The notes under the pieces are model-generated. The model was not told where the DNA came from, searched no databases, and worked only from the letters and a program-made list of their open reading frames with translations. 64,000 nucleotides of DNA from positions 2,377 through 66,376 of the forward strand of contig JAGLZA010000024.1 of assembly GCA_023131835.1 (NCBI GenBank), in the 5' to 3' direction. Position 1 is the first letter of the stretch; the number at the start of each line of letters is the position of its first letter. The DNA comes from a candidate division WOR-3 bacterium. GTDB lineage: Bacteria > Hydrothermota > UBA3072. Positions 35,367-43,894 of this stretch are shown one piece after another. Position numbers and translations under genes: made by a program.

Positions 35367-35933
35367 TTATCTCTTCTTCCTCCTATTAAAAATTCCCCTT
35401 GCTCCTCTTTCCTCTGGCACAGCAGGACGCAGCGTCTGTTGGGTGCTCTCCATACGCTGGGTCTGCCAAAACGCTCTCTCTTTGGCGTTCAAGGCGCGGG
35501 GCAATTTTACATCCCCCTTGTGCGAGATTAACTGAAGAATCCTATAAACAATAGGATCGATACCTTCAGGTAGTTCAAGCAGTATGTAACTATCTACGAT
35601 TCGCTTGTTATCTAACAAAAGGTTTAACCATGCCATTCCAGGTATGTTACCATAAACACACTCTGGATCAATAAACGTCCTCGCATGTCTCATTAGCTTC
35701 TCCGCTTCATCTGCATTTAGCTTACCCGTGTCATACGCTCGCTTTATCTCTGTCTCTATACTCTGTAAAACTTCATCGAACTGGGTAGTTTGCTGGATTA
35801 ATCGTATGCCTTCACCTTCGTAACTAACCGACGGTTGTTTTATGTCTAGTGGTCCACCTTCTGCAGGTTCAGACATTACTTCGTCTTCTTCCTCTTCTTC
35901 AAGTTCTTCCTCTTCTGTTTCTTCTTCCGACAT
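35367..35933 (-). CDS. Hypothetical protein with a poly-Glu N-terminus (188 aa).
   Basis: ORF from the track. No recognisable domain. Confidence 0.5.
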   Translation of the reverse strand: MSEEETEEEELEEEEEDEVMSEPAEGGPLDIKQPSVSYEGEGIRLIQQTTQFDEVLQSIETEIKRAYDTGKLNADEAEKLMRHARTFIDPECVYGNIPGMAWLNLLLDNKRIVDSYILLELPEGIDPIVYRILQLISHKGDVKLPRALNAKERAFWQTQRMESTQQTLRPAVPEERGARGIFNRRKKR

Positions 35934-36051
35934 TTTATGGTCCTTAATAAAAATTGTATTAAATACCTCTATGTGTTATTTTTCAGATATGTTTAGGTAT
36001 TTAAAGGTTTCGGTTTGAGGGGCTATTCATTAGGAAGGAGATTGGGAAGTA

Positions 36052-37005
36052 TTAACCTTTTTTAGTTTCCTTCTTTGGTAAAAAGCATACACCGTCTGTT
36101 AGATATTCCAAACTTATGGTGAAGAACTCTTCCCAGTATTCACGGTCTTTAAGTGTCTTTGCGTGGCAACTTCTGCATAGGGGTACAAAAAGAGGCTTTA
36201 CATCATTGCAGCAAACCATTTTATCATAATTGACATGATGTACGTCGAGTTTACGTCCGAGTTCACTTTGTCCAACTCCGCATACGTAGCAACAACCGTT
36301 GAAAAAATCACGGACTCGTTCTTTGAGATCATCATCAAATTTTTCGCAGTACAGTCCAAACGAGATACCACCTTGCCATACAGGACTTTTTTCACCTGAC
36401 ATACCATACATATGGTTCTTTTCTCCTCTTTGAGATTCACCACTTTTATTTGCAACTATTGGATCTTTCATAGGATTTTTATCAGATGACATATAATCAC
36501 TACGATTTTGTCTAAATTCTATACTACTCATTGCCTCACTATGATTCTTTCTTATTATAGGATTACTCATAGGATTATTTTCACCTTTCATATTTTCAGA
36601 CCGCTGTTGCATAAACTTTATACCGTCCTCTGTTTGATAAAACTCCAAAAGAGAACCGCTCATTTTCTTTTTTGTATCCTCAGATGCTTTTAATCCTAAA
36701 TGATCCTCTCTAAGTTTCTCCCTTTGTTTTATTCCTTCTTCTGTTTCAAAAAATTCTTTTTTTGTTATACTTAAAGTTTCTCCATACTTCTTTACTCTAT
36801 TATCTGTCTCTTTTGTTTTACCAACATTCCATGGTTTTCTACCCTTCATTGAACCACTATGTTTCTGGTGTGACTCATCACTAACCATTTTTACATTAGG
36901 AAACCTTACCTTATATTCGTCATAGGTAATATTATGTGTTCTTAGATGATTCCCTGTAATACGATTAAATTCCTTCCCACAAATTAAACAAACCACTTTA
37001 CTCAT
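36052..37005 (-). CDS. HNH homing-endonuclease-like protein (HNH-3), first gene of the long minus-strand block.
   Basis: N-terminus VCLICGKEFNRITGNHLRTHN. NPM..P NUMOD3-like repeats follow. C-terminal CCYVCGVGQSELGRKLDVHHVNYDKMVCCNDVKPLFVPLCRSCHAKT. Confidence 0.8.
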   Translation of the reverse strand: MSKVVCLICGKEFNRITGNHLRTHNITYDEYKVRFPNVKMVSDESHQKHSGSMKGRKPWNVGKTKETDNRVKKYGETLSITKKEFFETEEGIKQREKLREDHLGLKASEDTKKKMSGSLLEFYQTEDGIKFMQQRSENMKGENNPMSNPIIRKNHSEAMSSIEFRQNRSDYMSSDKNPMKDPIVANKSGESQRGEKNHMYGMSGEKSPVWQGGISFGLYCEKFDDDLKERVRDFFNGCCYVCGVGQSELGRKLDVHHVNYDKMVCCNDVKPLFVPLCRSCHAKTLKDREYWEEFFTISLEYLTDGVCFLPKKETKKG

Positions 37006-37153
37006 ATATCTTTTCGAACTTCTCTATGTCTCCTTTTTTCACTATAATTACGTCTGAACCTATCCAATCACGGTCAACAATTACTGCTATCGTTCTACCT
37101 ATCTGTTTCACCTTTCCCTTTTTATAATCTTCTCCTTTTAGCTCGTATTTATA
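36998..37153 (-). CDS. Small protein (51 aa) overlapping the HNH-3 start by 8 nt.
   Basis: Hand translation gives MYKYELKGEDYKKGKVKQIGRTIAVIVDRDWIGSDVIIVKKGDIEKFEKIYE. The RBS is weak. Confidence 0.3.
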   Translation of the reverse strand, partial: YKYELKGEDYKKGKVKQIGRTIAVIVDRDWIGSDVIIVKKGDIEKFEKIYE

Positions 37154-37185
37154 CATTTTCTTTTACCTATTAATATATTATTAAG

Positions 37186-37240
37186 TAGCCCTATAAATAC
37201 TTTTAATATAACAAAAAGACTAAAAGTATTTATAGGGCTA
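37186..37240. promoter_or_regulatory. Perfect 20-bp inverted repeat with TATA-like cores, spaced 15 bp apart, in a divergent intergenic region.
   Basis: TAGCCCTATAAATACTTTTA sits at 37186-37205 and TAAAAGTATTTATAGGGCTA at 37221-37240. Each arm contains CTATAAATA, which resembles an archaeal TATA box facing outward. Confidence 0.45.
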
Positions 37241-37356
37241 AGATTATACTTGTTATTTGTATATAACCAATCGCTTTAATCATGAGCGATACCAATTTGG
37301 GTTCGAGTTTTATTTCTCGGCGTTAATTCTTTAGTAAAACTAGGAGATAACAAAAA

Positions 37357-37720
37357 ATGATAGATCCAAAAATAGCATTTGACCAAGCCAAATTATGGGC
37401 TGAAAACAAAACTGCACAGGCAATGCCGGGTGGTGGTGTATTAACTGCTGGGGTTGTGATAATTGCGTTACTCATCGTAATTTTTGCCTTAACGGACAAA
37501 GATGGTGAAAGGTTTCGTAGGTATCATGATTCTGAACAGTACGCAGCAAGCAACTCAATTAGCCAATACCTCTCAACTCTACCCATCGATGCAAAATTTA
37601 GTCAACGTTACGGGTACAGTATTCTCGATGTATGGAGTTCTAATAATTGTGTTAATTGCGGCAGTAATTATAGGACTTTTGCTTTCGAGTTTCCTTGGTG
37701 GCGGCAGAATAGAAGAGTAA
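37357..37720 (+). pseudogene. Frameshifted copy of the small membrane glycoprotein gene at 37797..38141.
   Basis: Track ORF 37357..37830 (frame A) matches the N-terminus of the paralog 37797..38141 (AMPGG). Track ORF 37502..37720 (frame B) matches the rest (GIMIL...LNVTGT.FS.YGVLIIV...SSFLGGGR(I)EE). Joining them needs a shift near 37480-37510. Confidence 0.5.
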
Positions 37721-37796
37721 AACCAACAATTACAAGTGACACACCAGTGAAACCAGGGGGGGGTCTAACCCCTCTACCATTTTTTGGAAAACAAAA

Positions 37797-38141
37797 ATGT
37801 TTGAAAACACAAAACTTGCATGGAAAATAAGTAAAGAAAAAGCAGAAAAGTTCTTAGTAAACAGATGCGGACAGGCGATGCCAGGTGGCAACTTAATGCC
37901 AGTAGCCATATCACTCATATCGATGCTAATAATCGGCTACATAGGTATTATGATACTACAAAGCACAACGGAGAGTACAGCATTGGTATCTGGTGATAAG
38001 CTATACAGTGCACAACAGAACTTGTTAAACGTAACAGGGACAACCTTCTCATTGTACGGCGTACTAATAATAGTATTTGTCGCAACAGTAATAATCGCAC
38101 TATTGATGAGTAGCTTCTTAGGTGGAGGTAGAGAAGAATGA
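37797..38141 (+). CDS. Small two-TM membrane glycoprotein (114 aa).
   Basis: Two TM helices flank a loop with NxT sequons. C-terminal GGGREE. ATGA overlap with the next gene. Confidence 0.55.
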   Translation: MFENTKLAWKISKEKAEKFLVNRCGQAMPGGNLMPVAISLISMLIIGYIGIMILQSTTESTALVSGDKLYSAQQNLLNVTGTTFSLYGVLIIVFVATVIIALLMSSFLGGGREE

Positions 38142-38890
38142 AGAAACAAGTGATTCTGGGTTTGGTAGTAATGATTTCGTTGCTGGTGTTAGTTAGTTCA
38201 GCACAAGCACATAACATTACATTAAACGAACCTGAAACAGGTGACGAACTTACCGGCAACTACACTCTCAATGCAACAACCACAATAAACTTTCTCAACG
38301 TAAACTTCTCGTATTCAACAGACAACTCAACGTGGTTCGATATTGGAACTAACAACACAATGGGAACAGAATTTACATACGAATGGAACACAACTGAATT
38401 ATGTAATGGTAATTACACTGTAAACGCTACAACCGAATGGAATAGCAGCGTTGTTGCCCATATGGCTTATGCAAACATCACAATAAACAACAACGCAATT
38501 ACGTTAGTCACACCAGCAGCGGGAGCAACAATTAGTGGTAATTACACATTCAAAGCAACAACACTCGCAACACGTGCATATGTAAACTTCTCATGGTCAA
38601 ATGATAGCGGTGGTAATTGGACAGAATTTGGCTCCAATGATACAGCAGGAACAGAGTTTACATTAGTCTGGAATACTGCAAATGTTAGTGACGGAACCTA
38701 CTACTTTAATGCTACGAGTAACTGTACCATTAACGATAACAAAACAGAAACAGACGAAAACCAAGGTATTGTAATTAGAAACGCAGTAGCAGCAGTAGTG
38801 GATTCACCTGAGTTCAGTACAATAATGATGGCTTGTCTAATCGGACTACTAAGTATATCAGCGATACTACTAAGAAAAAAGAAAGAATAA
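38138..38890 (+). CDS. Secreted N-glycosylated protein with a PEF-CTERM-like sorting signal, a probable archaeosortase substrate.
   Basis: Signal peptide MKKQVILGLVVMISLLVLVSSAQA. A repeated NYT(L/V)NATT Ig-like module. C-terminus ...DSPEFSTIMMACLIGLLSISAILLRKKKE, which is a PEF tripeptide, then a TM helix, then a basic tail. Confidence 0.7.
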   Translation: MKKQVILGLVVMISLLVLVSSAQAHNITLNEPETGDELTGNYTLNATTTINFLNVNFSYSTDNSTWFDIGTNNTMGTEFTYEWNTTELCNGNYTVNATTEWNSSVVAHMAYANITINNNAITLVTPAAGATISGNYTFKATTLATRAYVNFSWSNDSGGNWTEFGSNDTAGTEFTLVWNTANVSDGTYYFNATSNCTINDNKTETDENQGIVIRNAVAAVVDSPEFSTIMMACLIGLLSISAILLRKKKE

Positions 38891-38895
38891 AGTTT

Positions 38896-38935
38896 GGGAG
38901 GGAGCTTTTTATTTCCCTCTCTTTTTTATTTTTTA
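38896..38935 (+). terminator. Hairpin plus T-tract terminator after the PEF-CTERM gene.
   Basis: GGGAGGGA, an 8-nt loop, then TCCCTCTC with one G:U pair, followed by TTTTTTATTTTTTAT. Confidence 0.45.
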
Positions 38936-38956
38936 TGTAATATTAGGAGGTAAAAA

Positions 38957-39160
38957 ATGATAAAAGAAAAATGGGTAAGTAGTGCAAAAAGAGGACAAAA
39001 AGATTATAGAATATATAAAATATACCGATCTGGTAAAAAATCCCTTGTTTACCAAACTAATAGTTTAGCAAAAGCAAGAGACGAAAAAGATGAATTTTTT
39101 AGGAGAGGAAAAGGTGGAACTACTGTTATATTAGTTAATAAAGAAGGTTATCCTCTTTAA
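38957..39160 (+). CDS. Small basic protein (67 aa).
   Basis: ATTAGGAGGTAAAAAATG RBS. ORF from the track. Confidence 0.5.
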   Translation: MIKEKWVSSAKRGQKDYRIYKIYRSGKKSLVYQTNSLAKARDEKDEFFRRGKGGTTVILVNKEGYPL

Positions 39161-39230
39161 ACATAAAAAATTGAATCACACATAAAAGATATAAGAATAA
39201 ATTCTTATCTCTTTATCTCTTTTTTATATT

Positions 39231-40154
39231 ATGAAAGAATCTTTGAAATTATTTTTTAGCTTTATAGCTTTTTGCTTAGGTCTGAACTTTGTCTATTTCG
39301 GACTACTAAGCAAACTATTTGATTTAAGAGTTGTAGTAGCCAATCTAGTAGCTAAAACCCTACACACTTTTTTATGGTGGAATACAAGTGTTGACGGTTT
39401 CACAATCTTATTAAACAGCAAGAGTGTTATTAACGTAATTAACGAATGCACTGGAATCTTTTCGATGACCATCTTTGCATCCATTGTGCTCGCTTATGAT
39501 ACCACTTTAAGGAATAAGGTCTGGGGGTTGATAATTGGAGTTCCTACATTATTTTGTCTGGCTATTCTACGGTTGTCATTGACAACTCTGCTTGTGGTTA
39601 AATATCCTACAATGTTACATCTATCGCACGATTATTTGTTTCAGATTTTTTTGCTGATCTTTGTAATAGTGCTTTTTGTGCTTTGGCACGACATAGTAGT
39701 AGAAAAAAAGAGCAGCATAAGAAAATACACAATACTATTTGCGGAATTTATTGTTCTAACTACAGCATTGTTTCTAATATGGACTCAGATTGCAACACAC
39801 TATGCATATCTTGTTTTAACAACTACCATAATACTTCTTAATAATGTCACATTAAACTATAGTGAACCACAACTGTTTTTATTAGGTATGGTAACTTGTA
39901 TACCATCGTTTTTAGCCTTAGTTGCAATAACACCAGAAATAAGATGGAAAAGAAAGTTAGGATTTATAGGGATTGGATTAGGATTGATTTTTGCATTTAG
40001 AGTTTTTTTAGAATTATTGTATGTTTTTTATGAATGTAATCAGAGTGTATTAATGGACTTTATGGTGAGTTTTATATCTGGACCGATAAGAATTGCTCTG
40101 CCTTTAGTTATTTGGATGGGTTTTGTATACTATTCAAAAAACACAAAACTATAA
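39231..40154 (+). CDS. Archaeosortase/exosortase-family polytopic membrane protein (307 aa).
   Basis: About eight TM helices. NECTGIFSM matches the exosortase (EpsH) active-site Cys motif xCSGxxS. A later LAILRLSL matches the conserved Arg motif. It sits next to a PEF-CTERM-tailed protein. Confidence 0.55.
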   Translation: MKESLKLFFSFIAFCLGLNFVYFGLLSKLFDLRVVVANLVAKTLHTFLWWNTSVDGFTILLNSKSVINVINECTGIFSMTIFASIVLAYDTTLRNKVWGLIIGVPTLFCLAILRLSLTTLLVVKYPTMLHLSHDYLFQIFLLIFVIVLFVLWHDIVVEKKSSIRKYTILFAEFIVLTTALFLIWTQIATHYAYLVLTTTIILLNNVTLNYSEPQLFLLGMVTCIPSFLALVAITPEIRWKRKLGFIGIGLGLIFAFRVFLELLYVFYECNQSVLMDFMVSFISGPIRIALPLVIWMGFVYYSKNTKL

Positions 40155-40383
40155 GATGTATGGCATCTCATATCTATCATACTTCGCAAACACACTCATC
40201 ATCTGAAGTAGCTTGTTCTTATCCTCTAAGTCCTCTTCCCACAAAAGCATTATGTCCACATTATTTATACGGAAAGAATCAGTCCAACCTTTTCCATGTG
40301 GATCTATGAACTTTGCACCTCTTTTCCCTCCTTCCTTCTGTGCTAATATTATTAGCTTATTTTGGGTTTTTATATAAAAAAAA

Positions 40384-41766
40384 TTACCTACCCATTGCAT
40401 CTATAATTGCATCAAATAGAGGTAACATTATATAAAGTAGTATAAAGAGTCCTATTAACATTACGAATCCTATTAATATGGTTGTATAATTTATTTCCAT
40501 ACCACTTTTCATAGCAAATAGTACAACTAAAATAAGAGATGCCAAACTAACTATTGCTAAAATTCCCAAAAGTGTAAAAGAAACACCTAATGTATCAATA
40601 AACTCCTCTAAAGTACCAAACCTACTTAATAAGATGGTTACTGTACAATTACCTGTTGAACCATAATCATCACTAACATTAAATTGCCAATAGTATACAC
40701 CATCATCACCCGCTCCAGTTTGCCATTCAAACACACCTGTGTTTATATTAAGATTACCAAAGATAGCATTCGTAAAAAATGTACAAACATCACCATCTAA
40801 ATCTATATAACCAAAATCAAGCTCAACTATATCACCCATTACATCACCAACTATACCAGACCAATCGTTGCAATTAGTTATAGTTGGTGGGTTATTTGGT
40901 ATTTGAGTATTTTGAGACAATGGTAAAGATAATTCATCTAATGTTGAATTGTATCCATAAATAGATATGTTAGACCAACTATGAGGAGAAAGAAGAGTAT
41001 TATTATAAGAAGTATTAGTACTTCCATTATACCATGTATCATTTACGGTGACATTAAATGAATTAGTATTTATTCCAGAGTTCCACGTATGATTAATATA
41101 AAAATTACCTGATACATTTACTATATTTATTGGTATTCCTGGCGTTGCATCAATTATTGTTATTGTAAGTGTCTTGTTATCTTCGCTACCATACCCATCA
41201 CTAACACCGACATCTACATAATAGACACCTGAATCAGTAGTTCCCGTTGTCCAATTACCGTAACCTGTTGAAGTTGAAAAGTCCGTGAATAAATCCGTAC
41301 GGTTACACGAATAGGTAGGTGTATCACCATCCGCATCAGATGAAGATGTATCAGAGATAAATATCATCTTACCTTCCAATTCAGTGTATACCTGCGTTAC
41401 GGTTAGTAATACAACATTATTTGGTACCTGCTGCTGTCCATCTATAGATGTTACACTTAAATTACCAGTAGTTAAATTGAAAGCAAACACACTTATGTTT
41501 GCCCATTGATGAATACCTACACTATCATTCATGTATGTATTGGTGGTACCATTATGCCATGTTGAGTTCCAACTCACATTGAAGCTATCAGTACCATCCT
41601 CTTTATCCCAAGTCCAATTCACCCAGAAGTTGCCTGTTGATGCTGATAAGTTGGTGGGGGTAGTGGGATAGCTCCATGCACTACCTACGCAGAATATACT
41701 TAGCAAGACAATAACACCTAGTACCTTTATAGCACCTTTTAATTCTGTATTCTTTTTTAACAACAT
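40384..41766 (-). CDS. Secreted N-glycosylated FN3/PKD-like surface protein (460 aa), paralogous to a C-terminal segment of the 2518-aa protein. It has a C-terminal TM anchor.
   Basis: PTNLSASTGNFWVNWTWDKEDGTDSFNVSWNSTW and YSCNRTDLFTDFSTSTGYGNWTT...YYVDVGVSDGYGSEDN align to PTNLQNTTGNFWINHTWDTGINTDTFNVSVNNSW and FSCNRTDLFTDFSTVTGIGNW...YYVDFGVSDGYGSYDN in the giant protein. Confidence 0.75.
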   Translation of the reverse strand: MLLKKNTELKGAIKVLGVIVLLSIFCVGSAWSYPTTPTNLSASTGNFWVNWTWDKEDGTDSFNVSWNSTWHNGTTNTYMNDSVGIHQWANISVFAFNLTTGNLSVTSIDGQQQVPNNVVLLTVTQVYTELEGKMIFISDTSSSDADGDTPTYSCNRTDLFTDFSTSTGYGNWTTGTTDSGVYYVDVGVSDGYGSEDNKTLTITIIDATPGIPINIVNVSGNFYINHTWNSGINTNSFNVTVNDTWYNGSTNTSYNNTLLSPHSWSNISIYGYNSTLDELSLPLSQNTQIPNNPPTITNCNDWSGIVGDVMGDIVELDFGYIDLDGDVCTFFTNAIFGNLNINTGVFEWQTGAGDDGVYYWQFNVSDDYGSTGNCTVTILLSRFGTLEEFIDTLGVSFTLLGILAIVSLASLILVVLFAMKSGMEINYTTILIGFVMLIGLFILLYIMLPLFDAIIDAMGR

Positions 41767-41792
41767 ATAAATTATATATTAGACCTCATAGT

Positions 41793-41802
41793 ATATAAAG
41801 GT
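41793..41802 (-). promoter_or_regulatory. Putative archaeal-type TATA box (CCTTTATATA on the minus strand) about 30 nt upstream of the 40384..41766 start.
   Basis: A TTTATATA-like element at the typical distance, with a short leader lacking SD. Confidence 0.3.
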
Positions 41803-41815
41803 TTAATTTAAATAT

Positions 41816-42874
41816 TCAAAAACGCATAGGACATTTAATACAAGCCTCTGGTGGATTCTTTGTATTCATTCTTCTTCTCCATTCTACAAACTCCTTACTA
41901 TTCCAAATCCCCTCTAAAGATTGCTCAAATATGTTTCCCATAAAAATATTATGAACACCACAACATGGACGTACATCTCCTTTAGTGGTAATAGGTAGCA
42001 TATACCACGGTTGGTAACAAACTATTTTGTTACTCGGTAGTTCTAACGGAGGTAAACGTACATCTATGTTCAACTCTTTCCCAAGCTCTTTTGCCTCTCT
42101 GAAAATATCTTTAATTTCCTTTTTATCCTTTGTTTTTCTTATGGCATAGTTTTCTGCACTTTCTTTTCCAACCCAATAACTAACATCCGAAAACGCTATT
42201 CCATCCACACCCACTTCTTTAGCTAAACTAACTAAAGCTAGAACTTCATGTAAATTCTTACCTACCATTATTACAGGAACAAACTCAATCTTCAAATTGA
42301 CTCTTTCTTCTTTTCTCTTTTTACAAAGGTTCTTTATACCTTTAATTGTTTTCTCGAAATTAGCACCCACACGTATACCTTCATAGGTCTCTTTTGTTGC
42401 AGCATCAATAGATAGTGATAAATAATCCAAACCAGAATTTATTAATTCATTAACATTTTTGTTGTTAAATAGAGTCCCATTTGAAGTAAGTAAAACTTCT
42501 AGACCTTTTTCCTTGCTGTACTTTATTGCATCAAAAATATGTTTGTATAAAAGAGGCTCACCTAATCCTCCAGCTAATTGTATTGTAGTAGCATACTCAG
42601 ATACTTTGTCAATAATGTTTCTTACCTGTTTAAAATTAAGTTCATTTAATTCTATTGTCGGATCGGTAGTTCTTAAACACATAATGCATTTAAGGTTGCA
42701 ATTATCCGTTAGTGCTAGATCTATAAATCGAGGATATGATTTGAGTTTTGGTTTTTTGAAAAAAATCTCCACATCATTTAAAATATAGTTGCTAAATCTC
42801 TTTCCTCCATATTTTAACAGAATTTTTGGATATATAATCCAAATTCGGTTAAATACTTCCCAAATAGTTTTCAT
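41816..42874 (-). CDS. Radical SAM enzyme with a C-terminal SPASM/twitch-like Cys-rich domain.
   Basis: LTDNCNLKCIMC is the CxxxCxxC motif. The C-terminus has extra Cys residues: CYQPWY...RPCCGVHN...CIKCP. Confidence 0.7.
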   Translation of the reverse strand: MKTIWEVFNRIWIIYPKILLKYGGKRFSNYILNDVEIFFKKPKLKSYPRFIDLALTDNCNLKCIMCLRTTDPTIELNELNFKQVRNIIDKVSEYATTIQLAGGLGEPLLYKHIFDAIKYSKEKGLEVLLTSNGTLFNNKNVNELINSGLDYLSLSIDAATKETYEGIRVGANFEKTIKGIKNLCKKRKEERVNLKIEFVPVIMVGKNLHEVLALVSLAKEVGVDGIAFSDVSYWVGKESAENYAIRKTKDKKEIKDIFREAKELGKELNIDVRLPPLELPSNKIVCYQPWYMLPITTKGDVRPCCGVHNIFMGNIFEQSLEGIWNSKEFVEWRRRMNTKNPPEACIKCPMRF

Positions 42875-42877
42875 TTT

Positions 42878-43894
42878 TTATCTTCCTTTTATATTACTTA
42901 CTTTTTTAACAAGGACAAATTGACGAATACCACACCATTTAATTACTGGTAGATTAGAAGCTAATAACCTATCTGTTAATTCTAAACACTTACCAAACAT
43001 CTTATATGACGAATCCACACCCATTTTTTCTAAAAAAGAAAAGAAACGCCAAACTAACTTTGGAGAAGAACCATAGTACCATAACCTACTCTCATGCCGT
43101 TCTACTGAAAAACCAGTCTTTACAAGCCATCGTCTTAAAATACTAGGTTGTAAAGCAGGATGCCACTTAAGAGCTTCCTTCCAATATCTATGAGCGTTTA
43201 CTTCTTTATACCAAATAAAAGGTTTAACTAACACAGAAAATAAATTTGCAGGATAAAAATATATTGATACACACGGAGTTGATAACGAAAGATGTCCACC
43301 ATCCTTAAGAATCCTATTTATCTCTCGTAAATATCCGAAAGGGTCATCCAAATGTTCCAGTACCTCACTACTCAAAACAATATCAACTGAACCATCATGA
43401 AATGGAGTATCCTTTATCCCGTGGTGTACCAAAACTAAACGGAACTTTCTTTTAAAGTTTTGTTGGGCAATTACTAAGGATTCTTTGCTTAAATCTAATC
43501 CATAATAAGTATTGATTGTATCTGGGAATGAATTAATATAAGGAAGCTGTCCACATCCTAAATCAACAATAGTTGAATTTGAAATGTATGGAGAAAGGAG
43601 TTTTGTATGAAAATTAGGAAAATTAACACTATGTAACCTCGCTAAATATTCAACATTACTCTGTATGTATGAATTATAATATTTACGTTCATCCCTTAGC
43701 TTATATAAATCAAGAAGATTATCCCCTATTCTAAGATCAATCTCCTTATTTTTTTCTTCCATCAAAACTATACTATCCTCAATTGGATATGTTTGCATAC
43801 AATAATTACAGACAAATCCATCAGGTTGTTGAATCAGAATATTTCCACATCGTTTACAACACAATGCTATATTAAGGTTATTCATGTTTTTCAC
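42878..43894 (-). CDS. Class I SAM-dependent methyltransferase with an N-terminal Trm112-like zinc ribbon.
   Basis: CCKRCGN...CNYC. Motif I VDLGCGQLPY. DIVLSSEVLEHL. Confidence 0.65.
   Translation of the reverse strand: MKNMNNLNIALCCKRCGNILIQQPDGFVCNYCMQTYPIEDSIVLMEEKNKEIDLRIGDNLLDLYKLRDERKYYNSYIQSNVEYLARLHSVNFPNFHTKLLSPYISNSTIVDLGCGQLPYINSFPDTINTYYGLDLSKESLVIAQQNFKRKFRLVLVHHGIKDTPFHDGSVDIVLSSEVLEHLDDPFGYLREINRILKDGGHLSLSTPCVSIYFYPANLFSVLVKPFIWYKEVNAHRYWKEALKWHPALQPSILRRWLVKTGFSVERHESRLWYYGSSPKLVWRFFSFLEKMGVDSSYKMFGKCLELTDRLLASNLPVIKWCGIRQFVLVKKVSNIKGR

Noticed and set aside
37290-37320. GGGTTCGAGTT resembles a tRNA T-arm.
   Set aside because: No acceptor stem, D-arm or anticodon-arm complement lies around it. 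I could reconstruct no tRNA cloverleaf anywhere in the window.
40149-40400. 83-aa minus-strand ORF in the convergent gap after the archaeosortase gene.
   Set aside because: It has no RBS. It overlaps the 3' end of 40384..41766 and a plus-strand track ORF. This is likely a non-coding terminator region. I left it unannotated.
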